DNA of 30,815 nucleotides from a virus (Duplodnaviria; Heunggongvirae; Uroviricota; Caudoviricetes): IMG/VR virus record IMGVR_UViG_2531839668_000005; one strand, 5' to 3'. Shown piece by piece: positions 8,169 to 16,927 of this stretch (position 1 is its first letter; each line of letters starts with the position of its first letter). The notes under the pieces were generated by a model. It saw only the letters and a program-made list of their open reading frames with translations, ran no database searches and was not told where the DNA came from. The position numbers and the translations under genes were made by a program.

Positions 8169-9122
8169 TTAGAGTCTTTTTCGTACAGATGAACGGGGGA
8201 TCTCTGGCTTCATTTCTTTTAACAGGTCTTTTTTCTCTCTTGCTGCGATATAAGAAAAAATCTTATCGGAGTCAGAACGCTGTCTGAGTATATCGTCGTC
8301 CATTCGGATACCATTTCGAATGAACCATTTCACACTTTCTATGCCGGTGTAGATACCAATATGTTTATCATGATAACAATTATAAAACTGAACATGACTG
8401 ATATCGGTATATTTTTTCAGTGAGGTAAAGAAGTACTTCATGTTTTTGACATATAATGCGAAGGAACAGTGTTCAGCGATAAGGATATTACGCCCTTTTT
8501 CATGAAGCAAAGCAATTAGAGGCAAAGCCTCAGTTGAAACATGTTTAAATAATACTGGCGTGCTGTCTATTCTATCAACATGGCGTTTGAGGGCATTAAT
8601 ACTGAAATCATATATCCACCACTCGTTGTCAGTCGGAAGATCCAGCACCGCTTTGCCACCATAATCTCTGTGGTTTATGTCACACCCTTTATTTACCCAG
8701 TAATCAAAGACGTCATGATCGAGGAGGTCATAAAGAAGCGTTTGTCCTTCGTTATCTGTGCTGTGGATATCAATGCCCGCGTTTATGAGGAGTTCCGCAC
8801 AATCTATGGCGTAGCGCTGCCAGTGAAGACAGGACTGGCCTTTATTATTTTTGTGGTGAACGTTAATACCTGACTTTATCAATAGCCTCACTGCACGTGG
8901 GCTTTTTCTGCTAAACAGGGCATTATTACCATAACAATCTGTATGGTTCAGCGCTATGCCTGCTTCAATCATGGCTTTTAAAGCCCCGATACTGTCGCAA
9001 CCGAAAAGGGCGTTTTCACCGTGTTCATTAAGTGTGTTAATGTCAATGCCTGCAGCAATGCAATTCTGGACGTCTTTTTTAGTTTTGCTGTCAAATAAAT
9101 TATCTTCTGTATAGTTACTCAT
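8169..9122 (-). CDS. ankyrin-repeat protein (317 aa)
   Basis: Several repeats of the ankyrin consensus (G-x-NALF/LH...A...G...LI..GADIN), e.g. GENALFGCDSIGALKAMIEAGIALNHTD and GQSCLHWQRYAIDCAELLINAGIDIHSTD. C-terminus ...PRSSVRKRL. Confidence 0.75.
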   Translation of the reverse strand: MSNYTEDNLFDSKTKKDVQNCIAAGIDINTLNEHGENALFGCDSIGALKAMIEAGIALNHTDCYGNNALFSRKSPRAVRLLIKSGINVHHKNNKGQSCLHWQRYAIDCAELLINAGIDIHSTDNEGQTLLYDLLDHDVFDYWVNKGCDINHRDYGGKAVLDLPTDNEWWIYDFSINALKRHVDRIDSTPVLFKHVSTEALPLIALLHEKGRNILIAEHCSFALYVKNMKYFFTSLKKYTDISHVQFYNCYHDKHIGIYTGIESVKWFIRNGIRMDDDILRQRSDSDKIFSYIAAREKKDLLKEMKPEIPRSSVRKRL

Positions 9123-9136
9123 GGGCGTTCTCCTTT

Positions 9137-9577
9137 TTAAGCGGTCGTTTTGTGCCAGGTATTATTGTTGTATTCATATTCTTTTATCTTAATGATCTCG
9201 TCATAGATCCGTGAAAAAGAAAACCATGAGATCTCTTTCACTTCGCCTTTTTTGTTTGTGTAAATGATATTGCAGCCACGAAAAGAAAATGACTGATAGA
9301 AAGTATCGTGATTCTCCTCTTTAAGAAAACGGGTAAAAGCTTTTATGGTGTCTTTTTTTTCCATGCTATAAGAGAAAAAGGTATGGATAGCAAATATGGT
9401 CAGAATATTTCTTTCCGTCACCATATGTCTGGAAAAATAATTAAGATAAAAAACATGATCTTCAATGCTATTTTTACAGAATATTGAAAAGTGAGGGTTA
9501 TACAGACGGTAGAGATCTGTATTCTTTTTTGTTTTAGATAGGTAACTTGTCAGGGTTGAATAGTTTTGTTTTTTCAT
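9137..9577 (-). CDS. hypothetical protein (146 aa), upstream of and co-oriented with the ankyrin gene
   Basis: ORF separated from the ankyrin gene by 14 bp; very AT-rich leader upstream (9580-9936). Confidence 0.45.
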   Translation of the reverse strand: MKKQNYSTLTSYLSKTKKNTDLYRLYNPHFSIFCKNSIEDHVFYLNYFSRHMVTERNILTIFAIHTFFSYSMEKKDTIKAFTRFLKEENHDTFYQSFSFRGCNIIYTNKKGEVKEISWFSFSRIYDEIIKIKEYEYNNNTWHKTTA

Positions 9578-10158
9578 TTTTATTCTCCTTTATTATTTTG
9601 ATGAAATGAATGTATATTATCAAATAAATAAAAATCAAATTTATTTTTAATAATAAAAAATAAGCAAGCGTTTTCTTTTGAATAAACTAATTTAATGTGA
9701 TGTTTTATATAAATAAATTCATAGTTTGCAAAAAGTGCTATTTTTATTTCATGGTTGATTGATGGGCGTTTTTCCCCATTGCTTAGGGGGAAATATATCC
9801 CATTAATATTAAATGTTTGAAGTGAATCGTATTTTAGCAGGGGAATATTATATCTTTTACTTCTGTTTTGATTTTCAACTTTGTGTGTGAGACACAATAT
9901 GTGATAGTGTTGTGATAATCGTAAGTATCCTGCCAAAACGAATCATTCACTTTAAACCTTTACTGACATATTGGTTATATATTCTGAGAAATTTATAGTG
10001 CAAAAGGCTCGGTGTGCAGACTTACGCCAGCCCAATCAAGCCGTAGTGCTTTAGTTTTGGGGCTTAGGTATGGTGGAAAAAAGCGACTCGTTAAGCTTAC
10101 TGAGCTCTATGTATTTCAGGAGTCGGTCAGTAAGTTAACGATCCAAGAGGCTCATCAA

Positions 10159-10431
10159 TCATAAGAGATGTATCAATCTTGCGAGACTCTCACGGATTTT
10201 ATCGCCGTCATAAATAGCAATCTCTTCAATATTGTTACCAATGAAAGTTTCAGCTGCCTGGATGGCTATCAGTTCAGACATACCAACGTTATCAGCCAGC
10301 TGGCGTGCTGCAATGACCTTGCTTTCAAGAGTTAGGATGACCGGCCTGTAGCCTGCGCGTTTGATTTTGATACAGTGTGAAATCAATTTCTCCATAGGTG
10401 CGGTGGTCACTTGGAATGCAGTCGTACCCAC
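10159..10431 (-). CDS. hypothetical protein, possibly the 3' portion of a gene interrupted by IS3
   Basis: GTG-initiated ORF; its reading frame stays open upstream until it enters the IS3 terminus at 10510. Confidence 0.3.
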   Translation of the reverse strand: MGTTAFQVTTAPMEKLISHCIKIKRAGYRPVILTLESKVIAARQLADNVGMSELIAIQAAETFIGNNIEEIAIYDGDKIRESLARLIHLL

Positions 10432-10539
10432 CTGAAAGGCCCCTTCACGGTCAATGTGTGGATCATTAGCATTGGCCCTGCGACTACTGATTTTAACATC
10501 TAGGGAAACTGATCCTACCCACGTAATATGGACACAGGC

Positions 10540-11406
10540 CTAAGCGAGGTTCTTGTTTTCAAATTGTTCCGGACTGAGGCCGCCACACCAACTGTGCCGC
10601 CGCCACCGATTGTAATCACATTCGATATAATTAAACACCGTTGCCCGCATTATTTCCCGGCTGATAAAGTGTTCTCCATGGATACATTCCACTTTCAGCG
10701 AATGAAAGAAGCTTTCCACGCAGGCATTATCGTAGCAGCAACCTTTTGCGCTCATACTTCCACGCAGATTATGCCGCTTCAGTTGCGCCTGATAATCTGC
10801 TGAACAGTACTGGCCTCCACGGTCCGTGTGAACGATAACGTTCCGGGGCCTCTTACGCCGCCACAGCGCCATCTGCAGGGCATCGCAGGCCAGTTGCGCC
10901 GTCATGCGTGGCGACATTGACCAGCCAATAACGGCACGTGACCACAGGTCAATGACCACTGCCAGATACAGCCAGCCTTCATCTGTACGTAAGTACGTGA
11001 TGTCTCCTGCCCACTTCTGGTTCGGGCCACTGGCGTAAAAATCCTGCTCCAACAGATTTTCTGACACAGGCAGGCCGTGTGCGCGGTAGCTGACCGGGCT
11101 GAACTTCCGGGAGGCCTTTGCCCTCAGTCCCTGACGGCGCAGGCTTGCCGCCACGGTTTTTACGTTAAAGGGGTAACCCTGAGCACGCAGTTCATCCGTC
11201 AGGCGTGGGGCACCGTAACGCTGTTTTGACCGGGTAAAAGCCGCGAGGACAACGCTGTCGCAGTGTTGGCGGAACTGCTGACGCGTGCTTATCCTTGTCC
11301 GCCGCTGACACCACGTATACCAGCCGCTGCGGGCCACCCGGAGCACGCGGCACATTGCTTTGATGCTGAACTCAGCCTGATGTTTTTCAATAAAGACATA
11401 CTTCAT
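10540..11406 (-). CDS. insF: IS3 transposase OrfB (DDE integrase-fold catalytic domain)
   Basis: [32 protein letters not shown]... matches IS3 InsF as recalled; overlaps orfA as expected for -1 frameshift expression. Confidence 0.9.
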
Positions 11407-11711
11407 TTCAGGCGCTTCGCGAAGTATGTCGCGGCCTTTTGGAGGATAGCCAGCTCTTCATCCCGTTCTGCCAGCTGGCGTTTGAGACGTGCAATCTCGG
11501 TAGACATCTCCAGTTCACGTTCAGAAGACGTCTGCTGATTTTGCTGTTTACTGCGCCAGTTGTAGAGTTGTGATTCATACAGGCTGAGTTCACGGGCTGC
11601 GGCAGTAACACCGATGCGTTCAGCAAGCTTCAGGGCTTCACTGCGAAATTCAGGCGAATGCTGTTTACGGGGTTTTTTACTGGTTGATACTGTTTTTGTC
11701 ATGTGAGTCAC
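11403..11711 (-). CDS. insE: IS3 transposase OrfA (HTH)
   Basis: [32 protein letters not shown]... matches IS3 InsE as recalled. Confidence 0.9.
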
Positions 11712-11878
11712 CTCTGACTGAGAGTTTACTCACTTAGCCGCGTGTCCACTATTGCTGGGTAAGATCAATTTTATCTGAAGGATGGCATGAAGTTGAGCAT
11801 GATCTACGCTATAAGTGCAAAGAGGATTGGGTTGAGCATAATGACCTTAGTCGCGCGCTGAATGGAATTTACGCCTCT

Positions 11879-12259
11879 TTGGAAACATCTGATTGGGGAA
11901 TAATGAAGTTATTTGAGGATTTAGCATATAGAAATTATAAGTCAAGCGCATGGTCCGCTATGCTAAGAAATAAATTAAGATTGAGAATGGACGATAAGCT
12001 TGATGAAAAGATAATTTCAATAATTAATGAGAAAGAGCTTGGTAAAAAGTTTTATAGAATTGACAGAGATCGTTTGTTATCGTTAATGTTAGATTGTAAT
12101 ATTGATATACCAATTAATCTTAATAATATAATTTACCTTTGTAATTATTTTTTCATAAAATCTACGGAGCTTCAGGATATAGCCCCTGCTTTAATAATGA
12201 AAAAGCTTACAGATGCTGATGAAAAATTCAATAAAAATACTATTTTAGCATCTAAATAA
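11879..12259 (+). CDS. hypothetical protein (126 aa)
   Basis: AT-rich ORF followed by a hairpin at 12278-12305; no family recognised. Confidence 0.35.
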   Translation: METSDWGIMKLFEDLAYRNYKSSAWSAMLRNKLRLRMDDKLDEKIISIINEKELGKKFYRIDRDRLLSLMLDCNIDIPINLNNIIYLCNYFFIKSTELQDIAPALIMKKLTDADEKFNKNTILASK

Positions 12260-12277
12260 TAACTATCTCCGGCTATT

Positions 12278-12305
12278 AAGTAGGCCTTGTATTTTAGGCC
12301 TACTT
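12278..12305. terminator. hairpin (AAGTAGGCC ... GGCCTACTT), terminator candidate
   Basis: Perfect 9-bp inverted repeat with a 10-nt loop immediately downstream of the 11879-12259 ORF. Confidence 0.45.
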
Positions 12306-13311
12306 AAAAAGTTTCATTATGTGAAGTGATGATGATAGCAAATCTGATATCTTTATGGTTGGATGCGAGAAAATATTTTTATCCCGACACAACAACTGGT
12401 AATGATAGAAAATTTAAACCCAAAAATGCTACAGTAGCCTCAGCTCACAAACGGAGTATAAAGTGGCGGTTACTCTTTAGTGGGAATACTGTAGATAGTT
12501 GATAAACTGGGCTGGATTTTCTTTTCTAACCGAAGGGAAGAAAAGCAAGGGGAACCCAAAGAAACAAGCGCAGCGGCTTCGTAGGGTTAGCCCTTGCTTC
12601 TTTTATAATTGGCATTATTCATTCAAGAACAATAGGATCTTCGCTTGTACAAGCGAAGCTATAATAAAAAATCAATTAATTATTTTAAAAGTATTAAGCA
12701 AGAGCCTATTGACATTCGTAAAATAAAAGTTATTTTTAATGTATGCCATAAATAAAAAGTTTTATGTCATATGTATCCTGCACTATGTGCAGTTAATGTG
12801 CCACTTGTCCCATATATGGGAATATTGGAAAGGTTACTTTGTTTTGAAGTAGCCTTTCGTCCTTCAATATTCACGATTACTTATTGCTATTACCAAGTCC
12901 AGTCGAATCGAAGAACATCTTTTATCTGAAACGACTCCTAATACCAGGTTGAAGCCACAATATCTCTCGCATAAGTAGACCAAAGAAAAATTATGATATT
13001 AACTATGTGATTTTTTTTAGTGTTAAGTTGAATAATTATATACTGGAGAGTTTTCTGTACACTACCAATTGCTGGTTCATCTGTTCTGCCGCTGATGTTT
13101 CTGACTAATCTCCCGGTGACACAGAACTGTCCCTCTCTACCAGCCTTTATTCGACTCAATGTCCGGCTGCTGATACGCAGTTATCCCTTCGTATCAATGA
13201 CTGACTCTTAAACGCAATGCTTTGGTTGCTGGCGTATCTGACAGCTTCTTCGGCGTGAAGGTCGTTGTGTAAGTATACTTCTTGGTTTATTTAGGCTATA
13301 TAAAACCATGA

Positions 13312-14208
13312 CTATGACTGGCTGTTTTCAGTAAGAGTCTTATCATCCAAAGAATTTATTCTAGAAATTCTTTTTAACTCATTAAGATAATCAACCTCGT
13401 TTTCTAAGAACCAATGAAGAACTTTAGAGTTGCCAAGTAATTTATTAATATATGACTGGATTATAACGAATTTCAACATATCTGAACCATACTCGGTTTG
13501 AAGTTTTTTCGTTTCTTCCGAAGTTGTTGCCATTTCTTGTTCCAGACGAAGTATGGTTTTTTTTATGTCCTTTTTATAGGGAGTGTTTTTCCCTTTATTT
13601 ACTATCATCGATGACGGTGTTGCATCCAAGATGCTCATTGCAAATTTTTTACTATAATTATCAAAATTAATCATTGTACCGACTGCTTCAATTTGACGAA
13701 TTGGCTTCATTTTCCTCAAAACGTCAAATGTAGCCTTAGGTATAGGTTTATCAGAAAGTTTCGCAATTACACTTGGATCTATGCCGTTCATCACATTAGC
13801 TTTATCTTTTATGGCATCAACAGATATGCCCAAAGCAGCACTAAGTTTTTCAATTGATACTTTTGCCAGAGACTTAATTATCATTCTATGTTCTTCAACT
13901 ACATTTATATGATTCACTTGTTTGTTAGGAGTGAAAGCATCATCTATGCTCGAAAGTATACATGGAGCTTTTTCTATATCTAAGTCTTTTAAAGCCTCAA
14001 CCCTTAAATGGCCATCAAGTATCTTAGTGACATCTTTATCTTTGTCATAGAATACTATTATTGGTTCAATAATACCCAAGCTTTCGATAGAGGTAACTAT
14101 TTGATGATATTTATGGCTTCGCTTTACGTTTTCTAATAATTCCTTAGATGGAATTAACTTATTAGTTTCCAGGTAAATAAAATTTTTGCCAAAACGTATC
14201 TGAATCAT
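13312..14208 (-). CDS. ParB/Srx-like N-terminal domain protein (298 aa)
   Basis: N-terminal region ...IIVFYDKDKDVTKILDGHLRVEAL... resembles the ParB-box / DGQHR-type motif of ParB-like nuclease domains; start overlaps the upstream gene stop (ATGA). Confidence 0.5.
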   Translation of the reverse strand: MIQIRFGKNFIYLETNKLIPSKELLENVKRSHKYHQIVTSIESLGIIEPIIVFYDKDKDVTKILDGHLRVEALKDLDIEKAPCILSSIDDAFTPNKQVNHINVVEEHRMIIKSLAKVSIEKLSAALGISVDAIKDKANVMNGIDPSVIAKLSDKPIPKATFDVLRKMKPIRQIEAVGTMINFDNYSKKFAMSILDATPSSMIVNKGKNTPYKKDIKKTILRLEQEMATTSEETKKLQTEYGSDMLKFVIIQSYINKLLGNSKVLHWFLENEVDYLNELKRISRINSLDDKTLTENSQS

Positions 14209-15101
14209 TTTGATACCTCTTTGTTTACTGGGTTTAATATCTGAGATGGTAGTTCTGAAAGATTCTCTTGTTCAAGTATATTTTGAAAGCTTTTATTCAT
14301 CATTATGATGTTAAAAATCTCATTTATTATTAGTAGATTGGTTTTTATAAATTTCGAGTTGTTATAAACAGATTTATGTTCAGCGATACTATTTTCATAA
14401 AGCTCAATCAACTCCTCTGCAGTCATCCTTTTTGATGGTTTGTGATAATAAAATCCGGCTGCTTTTGCACCTTTATTCCCAACTGTTCTTTGATTTAGAA
14501 TGTATTTTATCTTTATAATGTCCCGACTTTTTATTAATTTTTTATCATATGCTTCGGTAAGAATATCTTGTGCTTCCTCAGTTTCACATCTTGCAAATTG
14601 CACTGCGAGATACAGAGGCAAATTACCCCGTTCGACTGCTGAGAGAAGTTTATGCTCTCCCTTATCAAGAAGCATATTAATACTGCTCACCCAGTTCGAT
14701 GAATATCCAGTAATCTCACTTATTTCGGAGTCTGAAAGTCCTCTGATTTTCATGTCTTTAATCACCTGTAATAACTCATTAGAACGTGGTCTTCTCCTTG
14801 CAATGTTTTCAACTAAACTCATAACGTAAGCATCTTCTTCTGATACATCTCTTATAATTGCTGGAATAATAGTTTCACCTAATGCAACAAGAGCCTCTAT
14901 TCTCCCTTGACCACAAATTAAAGCATATTTGAAATCGTCTTCATCAATAGCTCTTACGCTTATAGGCTTGCTTAATCCTCTTTTTTTTATGCTTTCCTTT
15001 ATTTCTTCATGCACTACCTTATTTCTTGTTCGTGGGTTAAGAAATTTTATTTTTGCAATCTCAATTTGAATTATTGGGAATTCATTTTTTTCAGGCAGCA
15101 T
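14205..15101 (-). CDS. ParB/Srx-like N-terminal domain protein (298 aa)
   Basis: N-terminal region ...PISVRAIDEDDFKYALICGQGRIEALVAL... resembles the ParB-box motif; same length as its neighbour. Confidence 0.55.
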   Translation of the reverse strand: MLPEKNEFPIIQIEIAKIKFLNPRTRNKVVHEEIKESIKKRGLSKPISVRAIDEDDFKYALICGQGRIEALVALGETIIPAIIRDVSEEDAYVMSLVENIARRRPRSNELLQVIKDMKIRGLSDSEISEITGYSSNWVSSINMLLDKGEHKLLSAVERGNLPLYLAVQFARCETEEAQDILTEAYDKKLIKSRDIIKIKYILNQRTVGNKGAKAAGFYYHKPSKRMTAEELIELYENSIAEHKSVYNNSKFIKTNLLIINEIFNIIMMNKSFQNILEQENLSELPSQILNPVNKEVSK

Positions 15102-15696
15102 ATAGTTCCCTCACTTTCATGCGAGTAATAATTTGTAGAAATTTATCAAGATTATCAAATCTATAGAGATCTAACCGAATGTTGTTTGTTTCCATCATAC
15201 ACATTTTACTATATTCGTTTTCAATCTTTGGTATGATATAAAAATCAAGAGGTGAAATATTTTGTGAATTCATTCGTATAACAATTGTTATGTCTGCTTT
15301 CTGTGAGTTATCAAACCGGACTTTCCATCTAAGTTTACCTGATTTCATATGTATGCATTTAGTAACAAGGACGGAAATTAAAAACTCATCATTGATGTAA
15401 AGCATTGGGTAATATTTATACTCGTCTATATGACAGTTACTTTTTAATATTTCGCCCTTAAAATCCTCAATTATCTCTGAGTAAAATGATCTTAGTGCTT
15501 CATTTATTTGGAGATAGCTGTAATCATGTTCTGGCTTATAACCAATCAAAGTATATGCTCTTAAAAGACCACCAAATCGGGTTCTATAAACAGAAGATGA
15601 AGGGCCTGTATCATCTTCATCAATGATAAAGCCTGATAGTTTTCCATTAGATTCTAATTTTTCTTTTAGCTTTTCTAATAGATCTTCATTAGTCAA
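15091..15696 (-). CDS. hypothetical protein (201 aa); possibly the C-terminal part of a split large serine recombinase
   Basis: TTG start only; its frame is open upstream to 15760 and overlaps the open frame of the recombinase ORF across a T6 homopolymer (15738-15743). Confidence 0.45.
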   Translation of the reverse strand: MTNEDLLEKLKEKLESNGKLSGFIIDEDDTGPSSSVYRTRFGGLLRAYTLIGYKPEHDYSYLQINEALRSFYSEIIEDFKGEILKSNCHIDEYKYYPMLYINDEFLISVLVTKCIHMKSGKLRWKVRFDNSQKADITIVIRMNSQNISPLDFYIIPKIENEYSKMCMMETNNIRLDLYRFDNLDKFLQIITRMKVRELYAA

Positions 15697-15730
15697 ATGA
15701 ATGGATCGGAGCTGAATTATTTCTTGAGCT

Positions 15731-16645
15731 TTATATATTTTTTCTTTGAAATAATTGGTTTATATGCCTTGTCACATCTAATCCATTCATGTTTGGGGTT
15801 TTTACAAGCTTACTTTTTAGTTTAGATGAGGTTTTGTTATATATGTTGTTTCCAATATATTTTTCATTTGTCAAAATTTGATGTATTTTTGCACGAGTCC
15901 ATGATGTTCCATTTTCTGCAGGTATGCTCTGTTCATTTAATCTCTCAGCAATAATGAATTCTGGGACGTTACTATCTATAAAGAGATCATAGATTCTATT
16001 TACAATTTTTATTTCATTTTTTGGTCCCGGAATTAATATTACCCTATCTGTTTGAATACTCTTTCTTTTGCGGAAATTCAATATTTCTTTAGCTATGCCA
16101 TTTTCGTCTACTAAAAGACGTCTCAGCCCATAACCAGCCATACCGCCTTGATGATAACCAAGCTTTATTAAATTTACTTGCCCTATAAATACCTTTTCAG
16201 ATAGATTCCTGCTGTGATATGCAGCACTTGATCTTTTTATATTCAGTATAACAGAGGACTCTAAAGGGAAATCTTTAGTGGGTATAGGTTCGGAACAATA
16301 TATAAGATCTACACCATTTCTTTCAAATAGAAAGGAATAATATGCAGCTTCATCACTATTTTGAAAACGACCAAAACGGCTCACATCATAAAATAATACA
16401 GCCTGTATATCTATTTTCTTTTGTTCTACATCGCTAAGTAACTGCTGCAAAGAATGCCTGCCTACGATACTGACTCCGCTCTTACCTGCATCATCGTAGG
16501 TATAAGCGATTTCCATATTGTTCTTTTCAGCATAATCTTTGATATATTCAGACTGATTATGTAAAGAATATTGCTGATGGTCGGTAGACATCCTCAAGTA
16601 CTGTGCGACCCTAACTCTATGATTTTTTTCATTTCCGCTAGCCAT
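15731..16645 (-). CDS. serine recombinase-like protein (resolvase catalytic domain plus recombinase domain; lacks zinc-ribbon C-terminus)
   Basis: RVAQYLRMSTDHQ catalytic-serine motif near the N-terminus and WTRAKIHQILTNEKYIG recombinase-domain motif; ATG at 16643-16645 with GAGG upstream. Confidence 0.65.
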   Translation of the reverse strand: MASGNEKNHRVRVAQYLRMSTDHQQYSLHNQSEYIKDYAEKNNMEIAYTYDDAGKSGVSIVGRHSLQQLLSDVEQKKIDIQAVLFYDVSRFGRFQNSDEAAYYSFLFERNGVDLIYCSEPIPTKDFPLESSVILNIKRSSAAYHSRNLSEKVFIGQVNLIKLGYHQGGMAGYGLRRLLVDENGIAKEILNFRKRKSIQTDRVILIPGPKNEIKIVNRIYDLFIDSNVPEFIIAERLNEQSIPAENGTSWTRAKIHQILTNEKYIGNNIYNKTSSKLKSKLVKTPNMNGLDVTRHINQLFQRKNI

Positions 16646-16927
16646 GCACAAAACCTCATGGATGATTCAATACAATGTAGAGGATAAAATTGATCAAATT
16701 TTAACCGAATTCAACTGTTTTATCATTGATTAGAGCGAATTTGGTAGTTCTTCGAGGTGTATGATAATCGAGAAGAGATGTGAATTATTTAGCTGATATG
16801 ACCGACAGCTTTCGTTATGTGGCCTCAAGGTACCCATTTGTAAATGGCTATGCTTAGTCCACATAGGTTAATGGTGTGATCATTAATTCTTCAAATAAAT
16901 CAAGATAGTTAACCCATCATGGAAGAG

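Larger units (their letters stand above)
10510..11767 (-). mobile_element. IS3 insertion sequence (1258 bp, complete)
   Basis: Termini TGATCCTACCCACG... (10510) and ...TGGGTAAGATCA (11767) form imperfect inverted repeats; encodes orfA/orfB matching IS3 InsE/InsF; length matches IS3. Confidence 0.9.

Noticed and set aside
8580-8873. Plus-strand ORF inside the ankyrin-repeat gene
   Set aside because: Antisense to a gene with clear repeat architecture; likely spurious.
10528-11626. Extra ORFs inside IS3 (10528-10803, 11263-11538, 11408-11626)
   Set aside because: Alternative frames of the IS3 orfA/orfB region; IS3 encodes only the two known ORFs.
12499-13159. ORFs 12499-12726 and 12938-13159 in the gap between the IS3-proximal gene and the ParB-like operon
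   Set aside because: No start context, odd composition; the region is more likely non-coding or degraded remnant.
14500-14829. Plus-strand ORF inside the ParB-like gene
   Set aside because: Antisense overlap, low-complexity product.
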